Below the pieces are notes generated by a model. That model was not told where the DNA came from and made no database searches. It saw nothing but the letters and a program-made list of their open reading frames with translations. This document shows positions 57,575 to 64,000 of a stretch of DNA of 64,000 nucleotides, in pieces; the stretch's first letter is position 1; each line of letters opens with the position of its first letter. The stretch is taken from contig CACBPT010000001.1 in assembly GCA_902541245.1 (NCBI GenBank), positions 21,433 to 85,432 on the forward strand, given 5' to 3'. Both the position numbers and the translations under genes were made by a program. Source of the stretch: an uncultured SAR86 cluster bacterium (GTDB taxonomy: Bacteria > Pseudomonadota > Gammaproteobacteria > Magnimaribacterales > D2472).

Positions 57575-58894
57575 GTGATAAAAACCAAAAAAGGGCTCGA
57601 TCTACCAATTTCTGGAATTCCGTGTTCGGAAGTTGATTACTCGACTGCTATAAATTCAATTGCTATCTTAGGATCTGATTATGTTGGTTTAAAGCCAACT
57701 ATGATGGTTGATGAGGGTGACATAATTTGCTCAGGACAAAAACTCTTTGAAAACAAAAAGAACCCTGGAACATATGTCACTGCTCCGTCATCAGGAATAG
57801 TAAAATCAATAAATAGAGGCGAAAAAAGAAGATTTTTGTCTTTAGTAATCGATATTGATACTTCTATTGAGCCTAATAAATTCGATTTAAATAAATATGC
57901 TAATTCAATCGATTTCTTGGTTGATTCAGGTACTTTATCGTATTTTAGAACAAGACCTTATAACAGGATGCCCAATCCTGATGAAATGCCATCAGCTATT
58001 TTTATTAATGCATGTGATACAAATCCACTATCTATAGATCCCTTTGAATTAATTAAACATGATCAAGACAACTTTAATACCGGACTGGAGTTTATTAAAT
58101 CTATTAACTCAAAGTCAAAAATTTATTGTTCATTTCAAAATGATAATTTTGATCAATCTATAGATGGCATTCTTTATAAGCAATTTAGTGGACCTCATCC
58201 CTCTGGTCTTGTTGGAACTCATATTCACTATTTATATCCTGTTGGGCAAAATAGAACTGTTTGGAATATTTCATGGCAGGAAGTTATCTCTATTGGATCT
58301 CTCATACAAAATCAAATTCTTCGTTCAGAAAAATTCGTAAGTCTTGGTGGCCCAAATGTTTTTGATCCGAAGATCTTAAAAATAAAATATGGCTCAAGTT
58401 TATTAGAAGCAACAGCAGGAAAAATTTCAGATAATTCAAGAATTATTTCTGGATCAGTTCTAAACGGACACACAGGCGATGGTGTTATGAATTATTTAAG
58501 CATTTTTGATAATCAGATTTCAGTATTACCCGATGAATCCAATGATATCTTGTTTAACTGGGCAATGCCTGGCTCAAAACTTCACTCAAAATTGCCTGCT
58601 TTTATTTCTTCATGGATAAAACCTGAAAAATATAATTTTAATGTATCAATGAATGGAGGAAATAGAGCAATCGTTCCTATTTCTTCGTACCAAGAAATTA
58701 TGCCGTTAAATATTCTTATGACGCAGCTTCTTAAGAGTTTGATAACCTTGGATATTGAGTTAGGTGAAAAATTAGGAGTATTAGAGCTAGCCCCTGAAGA
58801 TCTAGCGCTTGCAAGTTATGTATGTCCTAGTAAATACGATTATCAATCAATTCTAAATTCTAATTTAGAGAAAATGTATGAGGAATTTAAATGA
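57575..58894 (+). CDS. nqrA: Na+-translocating NADH:quinone oxidoreductase subunit A
   Basis: GTG start preceded by GAAGGG. MIKTKKGLDLPISGIP resembles the Vibrio NqrA N-terminus. Confidence 0.93.
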   Translation: MIKTKKGLDLPISGIPCSEVDYSTAINSIAILGSDYVGLKPTMMVDEGDIICSGQKLFENKKNPGTYVTAPSSGIVKSINRGEKRRFLSLVIDIDTSIEPNKFDLNKYANSIDFLVDSGTLSYFRTRPYNRMPNPDEMPSAIFINACDTNPLSIDPFELIKHDQDNFNTGLEFIKSINSKSKIYCSFQNDNFDQSIDGILYKQFSGPHPSGLVGTHIHYLYPVGQNRTVWNISWQEVISIGSLIQNQILRSEKFVSLGGPNVFDPKILKIKYGSSLLEATAGKISDNSRIISGSVLNGHTGDGVMNYLSIFDNQISVLPDESNDILFNWAMPGSKLHSKLPAFISSWIKPEKYNFNVSMNGGNRAIVPISSYQEIMPLNILMTQLLKSLITLDIELGEKLGVLELAPEDLALASYVCPSKYDYQSILNSNLEKMYEEFK

Positions 58895-60126
58895 AGTCTT
58901 GGCTTAGATCAGTCAATGCAAGCATTAAACCTAGGTTTATGCCCGGAGGCACCCAAGCTAAATGGTTTCCTATTTATGATGCTATTGAAAACTTTATATT
59001 TTCATCCACTCATAAAACCATTAATCCTATTCATGTTAGAGATTCTATTGATATACAGAGAATCATGGTTATTGTTTGGCTTGCTGCTTTCCCAGCAATG
59101 TTTTTTGGTATGTATAACATTGGTAATCAAACATTAGATTACTTTTCACTTGCTGGAGTTCAAAATTCAAATGATTGGCACCACATATTTATAAATTTTG
59201 TGGGCTACACAAGTGATACCTTTTTTACAAAGATGTGGATCGGAGCCGTATATTTTATTCCAATATATGCAGTTACATTTGCTGTTGGTATTTTATGGGA
59301 AATTCTTTTTGCTGTAGTCAGAAAACATGAGATTAATGAAGGATTATTCGTTTCTTCAATTTTATTTGCTCTGAGTTGCCCGCCTGATTTACCTTTGTGG
59401 CAAGCAGCAATGGGTATTACTTTTGGAATCGTTATAGGCAAAGAAGTATTTGGTGGAACAGGTAAAAACTTTTTAAATCCAGCCTTAACTGGAAGGGCCT
59501 TTATATATTTTGCATATCCCTCTCAATTGTCTGGAGACAAGGTTTGGATTGCGGGTCTATCTGATACTGGAGTTGTCCCAGAAGGTTACAGTGGAGCTAC
59601 TGCACTTGGATATGCAGCTGAAAATGGAATACAGGGGCTCACAGATAATTTTTCTTGGCTTGATGCTTTTATCGGAAATATTCCTGGATCTGTTGGAGAA
59701 ACATCTGTTATTGCTATAGGTATTGCCGCAGTTATTCTATTAGGAACAGGTGTTGCATCTTATAGAATAATAATAGGAACAATATTAGGAATGATTGTAA
59801 TGTCATCAATCTTAAATATTGTAGGATCAGATACAAATCCTATGTTTTATGTTCCTTGGTACTGGCATTTTGTAATTGGCAGTTTTGCATTTGGATTAGT
59901 TTTTATGGCTACTGAGCCAGTTTCAGGTTCAGGTACAAATCTTGGAAGATGGATATATGGAGCTTTGATTGGAGTAACTGTTATTTTAATTAGGGTTATC
60001 AATCCAGCATTTCCTGAGGGAATGATGTTGGCAATATTATTTGCAAATCTTTTTGCTCCAGTCATTGATCATATGGTCGTATCAAGTAATATCGCAAGAC
60101 GCAAGAGGGCTTTATCATATGAATGA
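58891..60126 (+). CDS. nqrB: Na+-NQR subunit B
   Basis: Polytopic protein with the FMN attachment context YSGATALG. Confidence 0.95.
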   Translation: MKSWLRSVNASIKPRFMPGGTQAKWFPIYDAIENFIFSSTHKTINPIHVRDSIDIQRIMVIVWLAAFPAMFFGMYNIGNQTLDYFSLAGVQNSNDWHHIFINFVGYTSDTFFTKMWIGAVYFIPIYAVTFAVGILWEILFAVVRKHEINEGLFVSSILFALSCPPDLPLWQAAMGITFGIVIGKEVFGGTGKNFLNPALTGRAFIYFAYPSQLSGDKVWIAGLSDTGVVPEGYSGATALGYAAENGIQGLTDNFSWLDAFIGNIPGSVGETSVIAIGIAAVILLGTGVASYRIIIGTILGMIVMSSILNIVGSDTNPMFYVPWYWHFVIGSFAFGLVFMATEPVSGSGTNLGRWIYGALIGVTVILIRVINPAFPEGMMLAILFANLFAPVIDHMVVSSNIARRKRALSYE

Positions 60127-60892
60127 TTCAATTATAAAGACTCTAACAGTTTCATTTCTAGTATGTTTGTTTTGTTCCTTAATCGTTTCTTATGCGGCTG
60201 TAAATTTAAGAGACTTACAGAATCTAAATAAACTCAATGATCAGAGAATAAAAATTCTTAAGACTGCAGCAATTTATAGTCCAAATGAATCCATTGAATC
60301 ACAGTTTTCTCGCCTTACTCCAAAATTTGTAGACTTCTCAACTGGCGATCTTTTGGATCAATATGGCGATTATGATTTAAATACATATGATCCTGTTTAC
60401 TTTTCAAAACAACCGAGTCACTCAACCCCAATTCCAACTTCAGAAGACATTGCTATTGTTAAGAATAAAGAAAATATTGGTAAGATTTATTTACTAAAAG
60501 ACTCCTCTGAAAATCTAGAAAAAGTTATTCTACCAATAAGAGGATATGGTCTTTGGGGAACTTTATATGGATATATTGCAATTGATAGTGATCTAAATAC
60601 TATTAGAGGACTTGAGTTTTATGCTCATAAGGAAACTCCGGGATTGGGAGCTGAGGTTGATAACCCAAAATGGAAAGCATTATGGGATGGAAAATCCATA
60701 TATAAGGATGATCAGGTAGAGATTGAAGTTATTAAGGGCAAAGTTGATCCTTCAAACAAGATGGCAACATATCAAGTTGATGGGCTTTCAGGCGCAACCC
60801 TAACAAGCAGAGGAGTTACCAACATGTTGGTATATTGGTTTGGTGAAAGTGGTTACAAAGAAACGCTTAAAAAAATAAATTATGAAAGTTAA
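60119..60892 (+). CDS. nqrC: Na+-NQR subunit C
   Basis: Start moved to MNDSIIKTL (ATGAATGA overlap with the nqrB stop). Single TM segment, and FMN attachment motif [12 protein letters not shown]. Confidence 0.9.
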   Translation: MNDSIIKTLTVSFLVCLFCSLIVSYAAVNLRDLQNLNKLNDQRIKILKTAAIYSPNESIESQFSRLTPKFVDFSTGDLLDQYGDYDLNTYDPVYFSKQPSHSTPIPTSEDIAIVKNKENIGKIYLLKDSSENLEKVILPIRGYGLWGTLYGYIAIDSDLNTIRGLEFYAHKETPGLGAEVDNPKWKALWDGKSIYKDDQVEIEVIKGKVDPSNKMATYQVDGLSGATLTSRGVTNMLVYWFGESGYKETLKKINYES

Positions 60893-61568
60893 GCAGTATA
60901 AAGATGTTCTATCAAAGCCACTAATTGAAGAAAACCCAATCACACTTCAAATACTCGGCATCTGTTCAGCTTTGGCTGTTACAAGCAATCTCTCTGTAAC
61001 ATTAGTGATGTGTGTAGCCCTTACCAGTGTTGTTTCATTTTCAAATTTATTTATATCCTTGATTAGAAATTATATTCCAAGCAGTGTAAGAATTATTGTT
61101 CAGATGACTATCATTGCTTCATTAGTGATAGTGGTTGATGAGTTGCTTAAGGCTTATGACTATGAGACAAGCAAAAAACTCTCAGTATTCGTTGGCTTAA
61201 TTATTACTAATTGCATAGTGATGGGAAGGGCTGAAGCTTTTGCTATGAAAGAAAAACCTTTCATAAGTTTTTTAGATGGTTTAGGAAATGGTTTAGGATA
61301 CAGCGTAATATTAATTGCTGTTGCAGTTGTAAGGGAGCTACTTGGAGCTGGAACTCTAATGGGATATGAAATTTTTTCATTAGTCTCAAATGGAGGTTGG
61401 TATCCAGCAAACAATCTTTTACTCCTACCTCCAAGTTCATTTATTTTAATTGGACTAATGATATGGGGAATAAGAGAGTACAAAAAAGATCAAATTGAGC
61501 CTAATGAATTCAAATTATCTGGTCATGCAACTGCTCCAGATTTAAGAAAAAAAGAAGCAAATGTTTGA
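60882..61568 (+). CDS. nqrD: Na+-NQR subunit D
   Basis: [17 protein letters not shown] and the Rnf/Nqr D-E family pattern. Confidence 0.93.
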   Translation: MKVKQYKDVLSKPLIEENPITLQILGICSALAVTSNLSVTLVMCVALTSVVSFSNLFISLIRNYIPSSVRIIVQMTIIASLVIVVDELLKAYDYETSKKLSVFVGLIITNCIVMGRAEAFAMKEKPFISFLDGLGNGLGYSVILIAVAVVRELLGAGTLMGYEIFSLVSNGGWYPANNLLLLPPSSFILIGLMIWGIREYKKDQIEPNEFKLSGHATAPDLRKKEANV

Positions 61569-62172
61569 ACATTATCTAAATATTTTCATCACTACAGTCT
61601 TCATAGAGAACATTGCTCTTTCGGTTTTTCTAGGGATGTGTACTTTTATTGCTATTTCAAAAAAAATAGATGCTGCTTTTGGTCTTGGAATTGCAGTGAT
61701 TGTTGTTTGTTTAATCACGGTACCACTTAATAATCTGATCTATAATTTAGTGCTGAAAGAAGGGGCTCTATCATGGGCAGGTTTACCTAATGTAAATTTA
61801 GAATTTGTAGGACTCATAAGTTACATAGGAGTTATTGCTGCTGCAGTTCAGATATTAGAGATGTTTTTGGATAAGTTTGTGCCAGCACTCTACAATGCTT
61901 TAGGAGTATTTTTGCCATTAATTACAGTTAATTGTGCAATTTTAGGAGCATCACTTTTTATGATAGAAAAAGATTTAAAATTTGGTGAAAGTGTTGTCTA
62001 TGGCTTGGGCGCTGGAGTTGGATGGGCCATGGCTATTGTTGTTTTAGCCGGCATTAGAGAAAAATTAAAATATTCAGATATTCCTGATGGCCTGCAAGGA
62101 TTAGGCATGACTTTTATAATTGTTGGGTTGATGAGTTTCGGTTTTATGTCTTTTGGTGGTATATCTCTTTAA
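61561..62172 (+). CDS. nqrE: Na+-NQR subunit E
   Basis: [16 protein letters not shown] and [13 protein letters not shown]. Confidence 0.95.
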   Translation: MFEHYLNIFITTVFIENIALSVFLGMCTFIAISKKIDAAFGLGIAVIVVCLITVPLNNLIYNLVLKEGALSWAGLPNVNLEFVGLISYIGVIAAAVQILEMFLDKFVPALYNALGVFLPLITVNCAILGASLFMIEKDLKFGESVVYGLGAGVGWAMAIVVLAGIREKLKYSDIPDGLQGLGMTFIIVGLMSFGFMSFGGISL

Positions 62173-62201
62173 AATTTTTTTTTAGTAACAATATATAAGC
62201 T

Positions 62202-63434
62202 ATGCAAATTGATTTACTTTTAGGTGTTTTCTCATTTACCGGAGTTGTGTTACTGCTCGTAGCAATAATCATTGCTGCAAGAAGTCAATTAGTTAGTTCT
62301 GGAAATGTCTCAATTGAAATTAATGGAGACTCCTCTAATCCTATTGTCGTTCCATCTGGTAATAAGTTATTGCAAACACTTGCTGAAAATAAGATTTTTC
62401 TATCATCTGCATGCGGTGGCGGTGGAACGTGTAGCCAATGCAAGTGCCAGATAGAAGAGGGCGGTGGTTCTATTTTACCAACTGAAGAATCTCATTTTAA
62501 CTCGAAGGAAAAAAAAGATGGCTGGAGATTGTCTTGTCAGGTATCAGTAAAAAATGACTTAAAGATTACAATTCCAGAAGAAGTATTTGGAGTAAAGGAA
62601 TGGGAGTGTGAAGTTATTTCAAATGATAACGTTGCAACTTTTATCAAAGAGCTTATTTTGAAGTTGCCAGAGGGGGAGGATGTTCATTTTAAAGCTGGTG
62701 GATATGTTCAACTCGAGGCTCCAGCATATAAGGATCTTAATTATAAATCATTTGACGTTGCCGAAGAATATAGACAAGATTGGGATAAGTTTAAAATTTG
62801 GGATAATGTTGCTAATAGCTCTGAACCAATCATAAGAGCCTATTCAATGGCGAATTATCCTGATGAAAAAGGGGTTTTAAAATTTAATATTAGAGTTGCA
62901 AGCCCTCCGCCTGGCTCCTCTGATATTCCACCAGGCCTTATGTCGTCTTGGACTTTTAATCTCAAACCAGGCGATAAAGTAAGAGTCTTTGGTCCATTTG
63001 GTGAATTCTTTGCAAAGGAAACATCTGCAGAAATGGTTTTTATTGGTGGTGGAGCAGGTATGGCGCCCATGCGAGCTCATATATTTGATCAATTGTTAAG
63101 AATTAATAGTGATAGAAAAATATCATTTTGGTATGGTGCTAGAAGTTTAAAAGAAATGTTTTATGTTGAGGACTTCAACAAATTAGCTGAGACAAATGAA
63201 AATTTTAATTGGCATGTTGCACTTTCCGATCCCCAGCCTGAAGACGACTGGGATGGACTGACTGGTTTTATTCATCAGGTTATATATGAAAATTACCTCA
63301 AATCTCATAAAGCTCCTGAAGATTGTGAATATTATATGTGTGGCCCACCAATGATGAACAAAGCATGCATAGATATGTTAATAGATCTTGGTGTAGAGCC
63401 AGAAAATATAATGCTAGATGACTTTGGCGGTTAA
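62202..63434 (+). CDS. nqrF: Na+-NQR subunit F
   Basis: N-terminal TM segment, 2Fe-2S ferredoxin [12 protein letters not shown]...SCQ, FAD site RAYSMANY, and NAD site [11 protein letters not shown]. Confidence 0.95.
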   Translation: MQIDLLLGVFSFTGVVLLLVAIIIAARSQLVSSGNVSIEINGDSSNPIVVPSGNKLLQTLAENKIFLSSACGGGGTCSQCKCQIEEGGGSILPTEESHFNSKEKKDGWRLSCQVSVKNDLKITIPEEVFGVKEWECEVISNDNVATFIKELILKLPEGEDVHFKAGGYVQLEAPAYKDLNYKSFDVAEEYRQDWDKFKIWDNVANSSEPIIRAYSMANYPDEKGVLKFNIRVASPPPGSSDIPPGLMSSWTFNLKPGDKVRVFGPFGEFFAKETSAEMVFIGGGAGMAPMRAHIFDQLLRINSDRKISFWYGARSLKEMFYVEDFNKLAETNENFNWHVALSDPQPEDDWDGLTGFIHQVIYENYLKSHKAPEDCEYYMCGPPMMNKACIDMLIDLGVEPENIMLDDFGG

Positions 63435-63443
63435 ATTATATCT

Positions 63444-64000
63444 TTGAACAGATTAGTCCTATCAAAACTTATCGCATTACTTATAGGATTAGGATGTATT
63501 CTTTTAGCTTATAATTATAATAAGTCAGCCACTTATTTTACATCTGGTCCAATTTTTGGCACTTCATGGAAATTAGTTACAACAGAATATGTAACTGATT
63601 CATTGAAACAATCAATTCAAAATGAATTAAATAGAATAGATTTAATTGCATCAAATTATAAAACAGACTCAGAACTATCATTTATAAATAAAAGTCCTAC
63701 TGATCAAATTATTAATATTTCTGACGAAATGTTTACTATGCTTAGTTTTGCTGAGGATTTATATATAAAAACTAGTGGCCTGTATGATATTACCCTTGGA
63801 AGTTTAATTATAGATGAGGGTTTTGGCCCAATGGCTTCGATGAGTGATGAATCAATTCAAGTATCATCAAAAAGATTTGAGTTTATTTCAGATAGTTCAA
63901 TAATAAAAAATGATAATTTCCAATTTGACCTTTCATCTATCGCAAAGGGTTTTGCTGTTGATTCAGTATCTAGAATTTTACTAGCCGCAGGTAAAAATAA
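63444..64000 (+). CDS. apbE: FAD:protein FMN transferase ApbE (3' end outside window)
   Basis: My own translation from TTG at 63444: LNRLVLSKLIALLIGLGCILLAYNYNKSATYFTSGPIFGTSWKLV...DLSSIAKGFAVDSVSRIL. Frame is open to the window edge. This is the canonical position after nqrF. Confidence 0.75.
   Translation, partial: MNRLVLSKLIALLIGLGCILLAYNYNKSATYFTSGPIFGTSWKLVTTEYVTDSLKQSIQNELNRIDLIASNYKTDSELSFINKSPTDQIINISDEMFTMLSFAEDLYIKTSGLYDITLGSLIIDEGFGPMASMSDESIQVSSKRFEFISDSSIIKNDNFQFDLSSIAKGFAVDSVSRILLAAGKN

Overview
This is an AT-rich window (roughly one-third GC by eye, not computed) that is almost entirely coding. I call about 60 CDS (two truncated by the window edges), one tRNA-Ser(UGA) and one clear rho-independent terminator. 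I saw no rRNA, CRISPR array, transposase, integrase, phage structural genes or long repeats.

The content looks like core chromosome of a streamlined gammaproteobacterium. The marine, SAR86-like lifestyle guess is inference only. Two blocks match gene orders I remember from Pseudomonas: lol-exbBD-(msbA)lpxK-ycaR-kdsB-murB and mfd-gap-nqrABCDEF-apbE.

Functionally the window is dominated by:
- lipid and fatty-acid catabolism (four acyl-CoA dehydrogenases in two large/small pairs, ETF alpha/beta, ETF-QO, dienoyl-CoA-reductase-like SDR, aldehyde dehydrogenase, GMC oxidoreductase, several secreted hydrolases);
- envelope biogenesis;
- Na+-NQR;
- housekeeping genes (serS, trpS, hemH, cysE/cysK, trmA, nfuA, mfd).

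I did not find a convincing self-contained novel multi-gene system such as a defence island. The observations most worth a second look are:
- an in-frame msbA::lpxK fusion;
- an MGME1-like PD-(D/E)XK exonuclease inside a metabolic operon;
- an orphan PhnZ-like HD-domain protein;
- two paralogous two-subunit ACAD pairs, one translationally coupled to a long-form GAPDH;
- a 2OG-oxygenase/nucleoside-transporter pair;
- a putative lipid-scavenging locus;
- a 54-codon Trm112/YcaR-like ORF missing from the supplied ORF track;
- extreme compaction (convergent genes sharing stop codons, divergent starts 17-26 bp apart).

All family assignments come from motif recognition by eye. No database search was run.
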